64,000 bases of DNA from an uncultured bacterium (GCA_963705505.1 CAVPJU010000006.1:32001-96000), one strand, 5' to 3'. Shown: positions 52,734-63,030, counted from the first letter of the stretch. Notes: a model not told the origin generated them from the sequence alone. A program made the numbers and translations.

Positions 52734-52751
52734 TACTCATACTATATATCT

Positions 52752-53495
52752 TTAGATTATTCCGAGCAACTTTAACGCTATAATAAAAATCGCAAGGACC
52801 ATAACATAGCGGACCACCTTCTCCCCGCCTTTTATAGAAAAACGCGCCGCCCACCATCCGCCTATTGCGCTCCCGGCCGCGAGACTCAGGCCGAACATCC
52901 AGTTCACGTTGCCGGTCCATATGAATATGATCAGCGTGGGAATAGTAAATAACATGGTAATGAACACCTTATGCATATTCACGCGGATGAGATTCATCCT
53001 CAGCATATGATATAGCGCCGCCATTATCAAAAAACCGACACCCACCTGTATGAAACCCCCGTAAAAACCTACGGCGAACATTACCGGGTATATGAGCCGG
53101 GACCTCCTTTCCCCGCTGGTAATAACTTCGAATTTCTGGGGGATAAGCATGGACACGATTATACCGATCATAACGAGGCCGAGGATACGGTCGAACCACT
53201 CGTTGCTTATCTTGAGCGATACAAGCGCCCCCAGCACCGCCCCCGGAAGCGTAAGGGCTGCGAGCTTCATGCTCTTTTCGATTTCCGAAATTTTTTCCTG
53301 GCGGTATGAGAGTGTGGCGGATATGCTCTGGAGCAGTATCCCTATACGGTTGGTGCCGTTTGCTACCGAGCTGTCGAGCCCGATAAAAATCAGGGCCGGA
53401 AGTGTGAGGCTAGAACCGCCCCCGGCCATGACGTTAATTACCCCGGCAACAATCCCCACACAGAAGAGAATCAGAATCTCCAGATATTCAGGCAT
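52752..53495 (-). CDS. Sulfite exporter TauE/SafE family
   Basis: NVMAGGGS, ANGTNR, GFYGGFIQVGVG; about 8 TM. Confidence 0.9.
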   Translation of the reverse strand: MPEYLEILILFCVGIVAGVINVMAGGGSSLTLPALIFIGLDSSVANGTNRIGILLQSISATLSYRQEKISEIEKSMKLAALTLPGAVLGALVSLKISNEWFDRILGLVMIGIIVSMLIPQKFEVITSGERRSRLIYPVMFAVGFYGGFIQVGVGFLIMAALYHMLRMNLIRVNMHKVFITMLFTIPTLIIFIWTGNVNWMFGLSLAAGSAIGGWWAARFSIKGGEKVVRYVMVLAIFIIALKLLGII

Positions 53496-53571
53496 GTTCT
53501 CCGCGCGATCGAGTCATTTATAGTGATGAGCGAACCGGGGCTTATTATGCTTATTGTTCCCGTTATTCTGA

Positions 53572-53601
53572 TTGACATAATACTCGCCATCGTGGGATAA
53601 T
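53572..53601 (+). promoter_or_regulatory. Putative sigma70 promoter of the NCS2 permease gene
   Basis: TTGACA, 18-nt spacer, GATAAT preceded by TGn. Confidence 0.5.
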
Positions 53602-53640
53602 GACAAGAAAAATTTTTTATAAATTAATCGTCCCGCCACT

Positions 53641-54966
53641 ATGCTTGAAAGACTGTTCAACTTAAAGGAGCAGGATACGACTCCCGGCCGCGAGGTCGTA
53701 GCCGGGCTTACGACATTCATGACAATGTCGTACATCATCTTCGTACAGCCCGCAGTGATGGGAGCCGCCGGGATGGACCCGGGGGCCGTCATGGTGGCGA
53801 CATGCCTCGCAAGCGCTCTCGGCACAGTGCTCATGGCCTTACTCGCAAACTATCCGATCGCCCTCGCGCCCGCGATGGGGCACAACTTCTATTTCACCTA
53901 CATAGTCGTGCTCACGCTCGGTTATTCCTGGCAGCACGCCCTGGGAGCGGTATTTATCGCGGGGCTCGTTTTTATTCTGCTTTCCACGGTAGGGCTCCGG
54001 GAAACGCTCATGAACGTCCTCCCCGGCTGTCTCAAGAGCGGAATTCCCATAGGCATAGGACTCCTGATCGCACTCGTCGGGCTCGAATGGTCGGGCATAG
54101 TCGCCGGGCACGCGGTAACGTATGTCACGCTCGGGGACATTACGGCGACTCCGACACTCGTAGCCATACTGGGACTCGTTATCATGGCCGTTCTTTTAGT
54201 GCGCAGGGTGAGGGGCGCTATACTCATCGGAATCCTGGCGACGGCGATAGCGGGACTCCTTACAGGGATAGTGGAATTCAAAGGCGTCGTTTCCGCACCG
54301 CCTTCGATAGCTCCTACGCTGTTAAAGCTCAGTATCCCGAACGTATTTAAAGACCCGCACATGATTACGGTGATATTCGTTTTCCTATTCCTGTGTCTTT
54401 TCGACACCGTAGGGACACTGACAGGAGTGAGCCAGCAGGGGGGACTTATGAAGGATGGAAAGCTGCCGAGGGCGAGGCAGGCTCTGCTGTCAGACGCTAT
54501 ATCAATATGCGGCGGAGCGGTGCTCGGCACGTCCACCGTTACGAGCTACATAGAAAGCGCATCGGGTATCTCCGCGGGAGGGAGGACGGGGCTTACGGGA
54601 ATTGTGGTGGCGGTACTGTTTTTGCTCGCGGTATTTTTCAGTCCGATAGTGCAGATGATAGGGGCCGGGTATCACACGGGCGGCGGAGTGACGCTCTATC
54701 CAGTCATCGCCCCGGCATTAATAATCGTCGGGTGCATGATGTTCAGGAACATCGTTCACATCGAGTGGGAGGACTATACGGAATCGATACCCGCGTTCCT
54801 GACGCTCGTGATCATGCCGCTCGCATTCAGCATCACGGAAGGCATATCTTTCGGGGTGATCTCGTATGTGCTCCTCAAGGTCATAAGCGGTAAGGGGAAG
54901 AGGGTGCACTGGCTGCTATATCTTTTCGCCGTGCTCTTCGTCGCCAGATATATTTGGCTTAAATGA
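53641..54966 (+). CDS. NCS2/AzgA-family purine permease
   Basis: AGLTTFMTMSYI, APAMG, FDTVGT, YIESASG..GGRTGL, SITEGI. Confidence 0.92.
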   Translation: MLERLFNLKEQDTTPGREVVAGLTTFMTMSYIIFVQPAVMGAAGMDPGAVMVATCLASALGTVLMALLANYPIALAPAMGHNFYFTYIVVLTLGYSWQHALGAVFIAGLVFILLSTVGLRETLMNVLPGCLKSGIPIGIGLLIALVGLEWSGIVAGHAVTYVTLGDITATPTLVAILGLVIMAVLLVRRVRGAILIGILATAIAGLLTGIVEFKGVVSAPPSIAPTLLKLSIPNVFKDPHMITVIFVFLFLCLFDTVGTLTGVSQQGGLMKDGKLPRARQALLSDAISICGGAVLGTSTVTSYIESASGISAGGRTGLTGIVVAVLFLLAVFFSPIVQMIGAGYHTGGGVTLYPVIAPALIIVGCMMFRNIVHIEWEDYTESIPAFLTLVIMPLAFSITEGISFGVISYVLLKVISGKGKRVHWLLYLFAVLFVARYIWLK

Positions 54967-55045
54967 GGCCCGCGCAGGAATTGTTAATACCGTATGAAGC
55001 CGGTTTTTATTTCCTATATTCAGAGTAAACTGTAATATAATTTTC

Positions 55046-55966
55046 ATGAAAACCGTAACCATAGCCCTCATCCAAAGTAAAGTCTCCAAAGACGTCCGGT
55101 CTAACGTCGCCAAAACAATCAAGATGATCGAACAGGCGGCTGGAAAAGGGGCCGAGATCATCGCCCTTCAGGAGCTCTTCCAGACCCCTTATTTCCCGCA
55201 GTGGGAAAAAATGAAGAAAGACGATTACGCGGAAAGTCTCAAAGGCTTTACCGTAGGGGAGATGAAAAAGGCGGCCAAGGAATTAGGCGTGACGATCATA
55301 GTACCCTTTTACGAAAAAAAGAAACGGAAATATTTCAACACCGCGGTCGTTATCGGCAAGAACGGAAAACTCGAGGGCCGGTACCATAAAATCCATATCC
55401 CCCAGGACCCGGGCTTTTACGAAAAGGAGTATTTTGAAGGGGGCAGGTCGGGTTACACGATTTTCGAGGCGGGCAAAGTAAAGTTCGCCGTCCTAATCTG
55501 TTACGACCAGTGGTTCCCCGAAGCCGCCCGCATGGCCCGCTTGAACGGCGCCCAGATAATCTTTTACCCGACCGCCATAGGCAAAATCATCGGATACGAC
55601 GCCGAAGGCGACTGGCATGACGCCTGGGAAACCGTGCAGAGAGGGCATGCGATCTCCAACAGCGTCTATGTGGCCGCCGTTAACCGCGTCGGCCAGGAAG
55701 GCAGGATGGTATTCTGGGGGCAGTCCTTCATTTCGGACCCCTTCGGCAAGATATTAAAACGCGCTTCCTCAACGAAAGAAGAAACTATAGTCATAAAGCT
55801 CGACCTCGAACGAAACGAATTTTATTCCGAAGGCTGGGGGTTTTTACGCAACCGCAGGCCCGATACATACAAAGGGCTCGCCTCCGGCAAGCTTGTTAAA
55901 AAATCCAGGAAACTCGCAAACGTCGCGCATTATAAAAACATGAAAAAGGCGCTGGGTCAGAAATAG
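55046..55966 (+). CDS. aguB: N-carbamoylputrescine amidase (carbon-nitrogen hydrolase)
   Basis: LQELF, HKIHIP.DPGFYEK, ICYDQWFPEAAR, YPTAIG; adjacent to agmatine deiminase. Confidence 0.88.
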   Translation: MKTVTIALIQSKVSKDVRSNVAKTIKMIEQAAGKGAEIIALQELFQTPYFPQWEKMKKDDYAESLKGFTVGEMKKAAKELGVTIIVPFYEKKKRKYFNTAVVIGKNGKLEGRYHKIHIPQDPGFYEKEYFEGGRSGYTIFEAGKVKFAVLICYDQWFPEAARMARLNGAQIIFYPTAIGKIIGYDAEGDWHDAWETVQRGHAISNSVYVAAVNRVGQEGRMVFWGQSFISDPFGKILKRASSTKEETIVIKLDLERNEFYSEGWGFLRNRRPDTYKGLASGKLVKKSRKLANVAHYKNMKKALGQK

Positions 55967-55976
55967 TCCGCCGTTT

Positions 55977-57008
55977 ATGAATGATCAAAATAAGCTGAAG
56001 TACCGCATGCCCCCCGAGTGGGAGCCGCACTCAGCCGTATGGCTCGCCTGGCCCTACGACGAAATTACATTTCCCGGGAGAGTGGAAAAAGCGGAAGCCG
56101 CCTTCGTAAAAATCCTGAACGCTATTCATAAGAGTGAGCAGGCGGAGCTCCTGGTATTGGATCGAGATATGAGAGACAGGGCTTATGAGATGCTCGCAGC
56201 GGCAGGTATTGATATGGCCAGGATAAATTTTTATACCACGGACTACGCCGACGTGTGGCTCCGGGATACGGGACCGACCTTCGTTAAAGACCGCGCGGGC
56301 AGAGCCGTGATTATCAAATGGCTATTCAATGCGTGGGGCAATAAGTTTGAGGAGTTGCTTAAAGACGGCGCAATCCCGCAAAAAATCAGCGAATGGAAAG
56401 ACTTGCCCATCAGGAAACCCAGGGCCGTCATCGAGGGCGGGGCGATCGACGTGAACGGCATGGGAGTGTGTCTCACCACAGAGCAGTGCCTCCTCAACGA
56501 AAACCGGAACCCAGGCAAATCAAAGGCGGATATAGAAAAATACCTCCGGGATTACCTGAGTATCACAAAAACCGTATGGCTTAAGGAGGGCCTCGTTAAC
56601 GACCATACCGACGGACATATAGACGAAATCGCCCGTTTCGTAGCGCCCGATAAAATTGTCTGCGCGTATGAAGACGATAAAAACGATGAAAATTACCAAA
56701 TACTTCAGGACAACTATAAAACCCTATCGCAAGCAACAGATGTCAACGGAAAACCGTTTGAAATCATCAAGCTCCCGATGCCGCACGTGCGGTACGACGA
56801 CGGGAGCAAGGCTCCCGTCTCATACACCAATTTTTACATAGGCAACACGGTAGTCCTTGCGGCTACATTCAACGATGAAAACGACGAAGAGGCGCTCGAA
56901 ATCCTTCGAGGCTCTTTTCCCGGACGCGAAGTCGTCGGTATCGACTGCAGCGATATAATCTACGGAGGAGGCGCGATACATTGCATTACTCAGCAGCAGC
57001 CGGAATAA
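55977..57008 (+). CDS. aguA: Agmatine deiminase
   Basis: RMPPEWEPH, WLRDTGP, EGGAID, DHTDGHID, GGGAIHCITQQQP. Confidence 0.92.
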   Translation: MNDQNKLKYRMPPEWEPHSAVWLAWPYDEITFPGRVEKAEAAFVKILNAIHKSEQAELLVLDRDMRDRAYEMLAAAGIDMARINFYTTDYADVWLRDTGPTFVKDRAGRAVIIKWLFNAWGNKFEELLKDGAIPQKISEWKDLPIRKPRAVIEGGAIDVNGMGVCLTTEQCLLNENRNPGKSKADIEKYLRDYLSITKTVWLKEGLVNDHTDGHIDEIARFVAPDKIVCAYEDDKNDENYQILQDNYKTLSQATDVNGKPFEIIKLPMPHVRYDDGSKAPVSYTNFYIGNTVVLAATFNDENDEEALEILRGSFPGREVVGIDCSDIIYGGGAIHCITQQQPE

Positions 57009-57011
57009 ATT

Positions 57012-57039
57012 TTGACAACGATTTATACGACTATAAAAT
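57012..57039 (+). promoter_or_regulatory. Putative sigma70 promoter of the DHS-like gene
   Basis: TTGACA (57012), 16-nt spacer, TAAAAT (57034). Confidence 0.5.
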
Positions 57040-57186
57040 ATTTCCGGGTCGAAACGTTAGAACCGGAAGTATTTGTTTCCGCAGGAAAAAAATTAATTCC
57101 ATCCCGAGCTGCTTGATAATTCCCCGTAAGTGAATATATACGGGGATACGTATCTGAATTCGGGACGGTAAAGGAGAAATCGTAAA

Positions 57187-58215
57187 ATGGCTAAGACAAA
57201 AACCAGCAAAAAAGAGCTGTTGAAAGAAGCGATCAAGCACGTCGACATAAAGAAGATCGACGGCAAGCAGATTATCGACGCCTACCGCGGCATGTCTTTC
57301 TCTTCGAGGGACACCGCGAGGGCAGCCGACATATTCAACATGAACCTCGCGGACAAGAACGCCTCCGTGTGGCTGACCCTGGCGGGCTCCACATCGGCAG
57401 GCGGCTGTATGCAGGTGTACGTCGACATGGTCGAGAATAACATGGTGGACGTTATAGTGGCCACGGGGGCTTCCATAGTGGATATGGACTTTTTTGAGGC
57501 CCTCGGCTACAAGCACTACGCGGGCACTCCTCATATAGACGACGGCATGCTCAGGTCTTTATACATCGACCGCATTTACGATACGTTCATCGACGAGGAA
57601 GAGCTTCAGGCCTGCGACAAGGCCGTAGCGAAAATAGCGGATACCCTCGAGCACCGCCCGTACTCGTCGAGGGAATTCATATGGGAGATGGGGAAATGGC
57701 TGACCAGGCACGCAAAGAAGAAAAATTCCCTCGTACAGGCAGCTTACGAGCATAATGTGCCGATCTTCTGCCCGGCGTTTACGGATTCCTCGGCGGGGTT
57801 CGGCATGGTCTTCCATCAATGGAATAACCCCGATTCGCACGTGTCTATAGACAGCGCCAAGGATTTCCTAGAGCTTACAAAGATAAAGGTTGCATCCAAA
57901 GAAAGCGGACTGTTTATGGTGGGCGGAGGAGTGCCCAAGAACTTCGCTCAGGACACCGTAGTCGCCGCCGAAGTGCTGGGGCTCGACGTGCCTGTGCATA
58001 AATATGCCGTGCAAATTACAGTGGCTGACGTGAGGGACGGCGCCTGCAGCTCATCGACGCTCAAGGAAGCGTCTTCCTGGGGCAAGGTCAGTACCGTTTA
58101 CGAGCAAATGGTCTACGCCGAAGCCACAACCGTCGTGCCGTTAATCGTCGCAAACGCGTATCAAACGGGGAAATGGAAGCAGAGAAAGCCGAGGAATTTC
58201 GCCAAGATGTTCTGA
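57187..58215 (+). CDS. Deoxyhypusine-synthase-family protein (SpeY-like, homospermidine synthesis)
   Basis: IDRIYD, PIFCPAFTDSSAG, GGGVPKNF, DGACSSSTLKEASSWGK with the catalytic Lys position retained. Confidence 0.88.
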   Translation: MAKTKTSKKELLKEAIKHVDIKKIDGKQIIDAYRGMSFSSRDTARAADIFNMNLADKNASVWLTLAGSTSAGGCMQVYVDMVENNMVDVIVATGASIVDMDFFEALGYKHYAGTPHIDDGMLRSLYIDRIYDTFIDEEELQACDKAVAKIADTLEHRPYSSREFIWEMGKWLTRHAKKKNSLVQAAYEHNVPIFCPAFTDSSAGFGMVFHQWNNPDSHVSIDSAKDFLELTKIKVASKESGLFMVGGGVPKNFAQDTVVAAEVLGLDVPVHKYAVQITVADVRDGACSSSTLKEASSWGKVSTVYEQMVYAEATTVVPLIVANAYQTGKWKQRKPRNFAKMF

Positions 58216-58255
58216 GACATTGAGGCCTCCGCGGGGAACAACTAACGCGGGGACC

Positions 58256-58990
58256 CTAAAGCCAGGGAGCGGCCGCCTTATCGACGTACCATTCGAGCAT
58301 GCCGTCTCCCGGGTGAACCATGGACGCGGGATACGGAAGCGGCTCCGTGGTCTTTTGCAGTATCTCCTTGAGTATCTTCTCCTTCCCCTCACCAGCTACG
58401 AGGAACGAAACCCTCTTTCCGCTGTCGAGAACCGGAAAAGTAACGCTCACCCTCTTCTGCCCGGTCTGCGGATGTGTCGCGACGACGCATATCTTCTCTT
58501 TCTCTTTCAATGTTGGCGCGCCGGGGAATAACGAAGCGGTGTGCCCGTCTTCGCCCATGCCGAGGAATATCCAGTCAAACCGGGGAAAGCCGTTTCCGCC
58601 TGACGGAACGTTGTCTTTTATCTCCTTCCCGTAACGAGCCGCCTCTTCATCGGGCGGGTTTTCACCAAGTACGCGGTGGATATTGGCCGGAGGGATTTTG
58701 ATATGGGACAGGAGCGCGAGGTTAGTCATTTTATAATTGCTCTCGTCGTTATCGGGAGGGACGCACCGTTCATCGCCCCAGAAAAAAACAACCTTGTCCC
58801 AGGGCAGACTGTCGCGGTAAGGAGGCGCGGCAAGTATTTCAAAAAAGGCTTTCGGGGTATGTCCGCCGGAGAGCGCGACTTGAAGAACCTCCCCACCGGA
58901 GGCTTTCTCCCGCAAGGCTTTCTTAAAATCCTCTGCAAGGCGCTTCGCCAGTCCGCTTATATCATCGAAGAGATAAACTTCCTTTTTCAT
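58256..58990 (-). CDS. pgl: 6-phosphogluconolactonase
   Basis: ALSGGHTP, WGDERCVP, LGMGEDGHTASLFP. Confidence 0.96.
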   Translation of the reverse strand: MKKEVYLFDDISGLAKRLAEDFKKALREKASGGEVLQVALSGGHTPKAFFEILAAPPYRDSLPWDKVVFFWGDERCVPPDNDESNYKMTNLALLSHIKIPPANIHRVLGENPPDEEAARYGKEIKDNVPSGGNGFPRFDWIFLGMGEDGHTASLFPGAPTLKEKEKICVVATHPQTGQKRVSVTFPVLDSGKRVSFLVAGEGKEKILKEILQKTTEPLPYPASMVHPGDGMLEWYVDKAAAPWL

Positions 58991-59029
58991 TTTATCTTCC
59001 TCTATTCACGACAACTAACCCACTCGTCC

Positions 59030-60568
59030 CTATTTCAGCTCGTAAAAATCCCCGTCCGTGGTCAGATGGTCGGACGGATACCTCCAGTCCTCATCGGGAG
59101 AATCGAAGATGTGCCTCGCCTCCGGGGGCCCCCACGTACCGGCTGGATAGCCGAAAAGCTTTATTTCCGGGTCATCCTCCCACGCAGTGAGTATCGGGTC
59201 GACGAACTTCCAGCACGCCTCCACGGCGTCCGCGCGGGCGTAATGAGTGGCATCGCCCATGATGCAGTCGAGTATCAGGCGCTCGTACGCTTCGGGGATG
59301 TAGGCGTCGGCAAGCTCGGAATAATGGAAGTCCATCCCCACTTCTTCTATATCGAACCCGGCGCCGGGCTTCTTCATACCGAACCTGAGCAGTATCCCCT
59401 CGTCCGGCTGTATCCGTATTATGAGCTGGTTAGGCTTGGCGGAGCACAGCTCCTCCTGCGTGAAAAGATGGTGCGGCGTCTTCTTGAATTCTATGACGAC
59501 CTCGCTCACGCGGGAGGGCAGGCATTTTCCTGTCCGGAGGTAAAAGGGCACGCCGCCCCACCTCCAGTTATCGATATAAAGCTTGAGCGCAACGAAAGTC
59601 TCCGTCATCGAATCGTGGGCTACGTCTTTTTCCTGCCTGTATCCGAGCACCTTCTTGCCGTTGATCACCGACTCCGTGTACTGCCCCCTCACGGCGTACC
59701 TGTCAACGTCCTCGGGCTTGATGGGTCTCAGAGACTGAAATATTTTGATGGACTCATTACGGACATCGGTTGCGTCGAAGAATGACGGGGGCTCTATCGT
59801 GACTGTGCCCAAAACTTGCAGAAGATGGTTCTGAATCATGTCCCTGAGCGCGCCGTAGTGGTCGTAATACCCTCCCCGCTCCTCGACTCCGATCGTTTCT
59901 GCTGCCGTGATCTCGACGCGGCTTACGTAATTCCTGTTCCAGAGAGGCTCGAAAATGCCGTTTGAGAACCTCAATGCGAAAATGTCCTGCACGGTCTCCT
60001 TACCGAGATAATGGTCGATCCTATATATCTGGTCTTCCTTGAAGATCCTCTGCAGGTCGTGATTTAGAGCCTGCGCGGACTGCAGGTCCCTGCCGAACGG
60101 TTTTTCAACGATTATCCGTCTCCAGGAGGAGCCTTTGCCTTCCTTATCGAGCCCTTTTTTACCGAGGTTCTTTGCGATAGCCGCGTATAAGCTCGGCGAG
60201 GTGGACAGATAGAAGATATAATTGCCGCCCGTTTTCTCGGCGGCATCGACTTTGGAGAGCTTATCCTTGAGATCGTCGTAGTGGTTGACATCGGTCGCGT
60301 CCATAGCTTGATAGTAAATATGCTTTGAAAAGGGGTCCAGCTGCTTCTGCTCCGATTTTTTGATACCGGCGTACGTTACGATGTCTTCAATAATTTTTTT
60401 CCTGTACGCATCGTCGGTGAAAGGCGATCTGCTCGTGCCCAGTACGGCGAAATTTTTGGGAAGGAGCCCCTGTCTGAAAAGGGCGTAAAGAGCGGGCATG
60501 AGCTTACGCTTGGTCAGATCCCCGGACGCCCCGAAAATCGCGATTATACAACCGTTCTCCTGTGCCAT
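59030..60568 (-). CDS. zwf: Glucose-6-phosphate dehydrogenase
   Basis: FGASGDL, EKPFG, RIDHYLGKE, RDMIQNH, NWRWGGVPF. Confidence 0.98.
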   Translation of the reverse strand: MAQENGCIIAIFGASGDLTKRKLMPALYALFRQGLLPKNFAVLGTSRSPFTDDAYRKKIIEDIVTYAGIKKSEQKQLDPFSKHIYYQAMDATDVNHYDDLKDKLSKVDAAEKTGGNYIFYLSTSPSLYAAIAKNLGKKGLDKEGKGSSWRRIIVEKPFGRDLQSAQALNHDLQRIFKEDQIYRIDHYLGKETVQDIFALRFSNGIFEPLWNRNYVSRVEITAAETIGVEERGGYYDHYGALRDMIQNHLLQVLGTVTIEPPSFFDATDVRNESIKIFQSLRPIKPEDVDRYAVRGQYTESVINGKKVLGYRQEKDVAHDSMTETFVALKLYIDNWRWGGVPFYLRTGKCLPSRVSEVVIEFKKTPHHLFTQEELCSAKPNQLIIRIQPDEGILLRFGMKKPGAGFDIEEVGMDFHYSELADAYIPEAYERLILDCIMGDATHYARADAVEACWKFVDPILTAWEDDPEIKLFGYPAGTWGPPEARHIFDSPDEDWRYPSDHLTTDGDFYELK

Positions 60569-60628
60569 CTTGCTTTCCTCTCGATCTAATTCGATTTTGT
60601 TATTGATCAGCCGATGTGAAATCCTCTC

Positions 60629-61534
60629 CTACTTACTATCCTTTTTCTTAACCGCGTGCCCGCCGAACTGGTTCCTGAGCGCGGCAATGGTCTTCATGGC
60701 GAAGGAATCCGTATCCCTCGATTGAATCCTCGCCAGAAGCGACGCGGTGATTATCGGCGCCGGGACGTTCTGATGAAGCGCAGCCTCGACGGTCCAGCGT
60801 CCCTCGCCGCTGTCCCATACATAGGGCTCGAGGTCAGATAGCGTTGGGTCGGCTTTGAATACGCGCTCTGCCAGATCGAGAAGCCAGGAGCGTATAACGC
60901 TACCGTGCTTCCATACCCTGCTTACGGCGCGGAGGTCCAGGTTGAACGGCGAGGTGTGAAGCACGGCAAAGCCTTCGGCATAAGCCTGAAGCAACCCGTA
61001 TTCGATCCCGTTGTGGACCATCTTCACATAGTGGCCCGAGCCTACCGGGCCGCAGTAGAGATAGCCGTACTTAGGCGCAAGGGTCTTGAAAATGGGCTCG
61101 ACGTAATCACATGCGGCTTTATCCCCGCCGTACATGAGGCAATACCCCTCTTTCAATCCCCATATACCGCCGCTGGTTCCGCAGTCTATGAAATGGATCC
61201 CCGTCGGCTCAAGCGCTTTTGCCCTTTTCTGTGAGTCCTGCCATTCGGAGTTCCCGCCGTCTATTATGATGTCTCCCTTCTTGAGATACTTTTTGAGCTC
61301 TCTTATGTTCTGGTCGACGGGCTTGCCCGAAGGGACCATGAGCCACACGACCCTGGGTTTGGGGAGCTTCTTTACGAGGTCTTCAATGGTGTCCGAGGGT
61401 ATCGCCCCCTTCTTCGCATACTCCTTGACCGGGTCTGGGGTCAAGTTCCAGACGACGACCTCGTGACCGTCTAGGAGAAGACGCTCCGTCATGTTCCCAC
61501 CCATCTTTCCGAGTCCTATCATTGCTATCTTCAT
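60629..61534 (-). CDS. gnd: 6-phosphogluconate dehydrogenase (short, decarboxylating)
   Basis: IGLGKMG, DGGNS, KMVHNGIEYG, DSGEGRW, RNQFGGH. Confidence 0.95.
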   Translation of the reverse strand: MKIAMIGLGKMGGNMTERLLLDGHEVVVWNLTPDPVKEYAKKGAIPSDTIEDLVKKLPKPRVVWLMVPSGKPVDQNIRELKKYLKKGDIIIDGGNSEWQDSQKRAKALEPTGIHFIDCGTSGGIWGLKEGYCLMYGGDKAACDYVEPIFKTLAPKYGYLYCGPVGSGHYVKMVHNGIEYGLLQAYAEGFAVLHTSPFNLDLRAVSRVWKHGSVIRSWLLDLAERVFKADPTLSDLEPYVWDSGEGRWTVEAALHQNVPAPIITASLLARIQSRDTDSFAMKTIAALRNQFGGHAVKKKDSK

Positions 61535-61609
61535 TACTCCCTCCTGAAATATTTTTGTATTTTCTGATTAATATTAATTCCGTTTCTCAAATCGTAACAT
61601 CAACAACTC

Positions 61610-62266
61610 TCACTGTACACTGTCGAGCAGGGCTTTTATGTTATCCCGCACGGTACCCTTATCGTTATAGACGCTCGATCCGGCGACCAGGACCGACGCG
61701 CCTGCGCGGACGATCTCATGCACATTGCCGATATCTATACCGCCGTCGACCCCTATCGGGACATCGAGCCCCTTTCTATCGAGCAATTCTTTTAACGCAC
61801 GTATCTTATCGAGCTGGCTCCATATGAATTTCTGTCCGCCGAAACCCGGATTGACGCCCATGACCTGGACAAAATCCGCAAGCTCGAGGACCTCTCCGAT
61901 AGCGGAGGGAGGGGTCGCGGGATTGAGAGTTACGCCCGATTGTATCCCCAGCTCCCTTATAGATTCCAGCACGCGGTGGAGGTGGTAGCACACCTCCTGA
62001 TGGACGATGATGCGGTCGGCTCCCGATTGAGCGAATAGATTTATGTATTTCTCAGGCTCGACGATCATAAGATGTACGTCCAGCTTCAATTTCACGAGCG
62101 GTCTTATGGCAGCGACGACTCCGGGGCCGAAGTTAATATTCGGGACGAAACGTCCGTCCATCACGTCTATCTGAATCCACGTTACGCCCGCGTCCTCGGC
62201 TTCCCTCACTGCCTCGCCTAACTTTGTAAAGTCAGCGGATAAAATCGAAGGCTCGATAATTACCAT
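61610..62266 (-). CDS. rpe: Ribulose-phosphate 3-epimerase
   Basis: PSILSADF, DVMDG.FVPN, DVHLM, VNPGFGGQ, VDGG. Confidence 0.96.
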   Translation of the reverse strand: MVIIEPSILSADFTKLGEAVREAEDAGVTWIQIDVMDGRFVPNINFGPGVVAAIRPLVKLKLDVHLMIVEPEKYINLFAQSGADRIIVHQEVCYHLHRVLESIRELGIQSGVTLNPATPPSAIGEVLELADFVQVMGVNPGFGGQKFIWSQLDKIRALKELLDRKGLDVPIGVDGGIDIGNVHEIVRAGASVLVAGSSVYNDKGTVRDNIKALLDSVQ

Positions 62267-62304
62267 GATTCTCCACTCAGCAAGAGCTTTTTGTTCCGGG
62301 GCCC

Positions 62305-63030
62305 CTAAGAATCCTTACGCTTCTGATACCTTATCCCGTGCGAAGTCGCGACGATGACCTCGCTCGCCGTCCCTATGAACAGACCGTACTCCGCTATCCC
62401 CGCTTTCTGTCCGAGCTTGAAAGCAAGCTCATTAAGATCACGGATGGGTCCGAACTTACCGTCAATTATATAGTTATTCTGGTCTGTGGTGTAAGGAGAT
62501 CCGTTCTCCTTCATACGTAAAACTGCCTCAGCGCCCAGGGACGTGAGGAAATTCGCAACCGGCTTCCAGGCAAACGGGATCACCTCTATAGGCACGGGGA
62601 AGTGAGTGCCCAGCACAGGGGAAAGCTTGCTCTCATCCACGATCATCACGTTGCGCCTGCTCGACTGGGCGAGAACCTTCTCCCGGAGAAGCGCGCCGCC
62701 CCCGCCCTTTATCAGATTGAGGTCGGGATCGACCTCGTCCGCTCCGTCTATCGTGAGGTCTATTTCCTGTCTCTCGTCAAACGAGGTCACGGGAATGCCG
62801 AGCTCTTGAGCCCTTTTTTCAGTCTCCCGGGAACTCGGAATTCCGATAATATCTTTGAGCCTTCCGTCTTTCAGCCTCGCGGCTATCTCTTCAAGCGCGT
62901 ACCTGGCCGTGGTCCCCGTGCCCAGCCCGAGCACCATTCCCGGGCGGATGAGGTCGACCGAGCTTATGCCAGCCTCTTTTTTCAGCCTATCCTGAAGCTT
63001 TTTCTGATCCGGAGTGGGAGAATCGCTCAA
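62305..63030 (-). CDS. rpiA: Ribose-5-phosphate isomerase A
   Basis: GLGTGTT, DGADEVD, IKGGGGALLREK. Confidence 0.96.
   Translation of the reverse strand: MSDSPTPDQKKLQDRLKKEAGISSVDLIRPGMVLGLGTGTTARYALEEIAARLKDGRLKDIIGIPSSRETEKRAQELGIPVTSFDERQEIDLTIDGADEVDPDLNLIKGGGGALLREKVLAQSSRRNVMIVDESKLSPVLGTHFPVPIEVIPFAWKPVANFLTSLGAEAVLRMKENGSPYTTDQNNYIIDGKFGPIRDLNELAFKLGQKAGIAEYGLFIGTASEVIVATSHGIRYQKRKDS

Noticed and set aside
53496..53640. Purine riboswitch ahead of the NCS2 permease
   Set aside because: No purine-aptamer core, and the predicted leader is too short
58676..59785. 369-aa plus-strand ORF
   Set aside because: Antisense shadow of zwf/pgl with no recognisable motif
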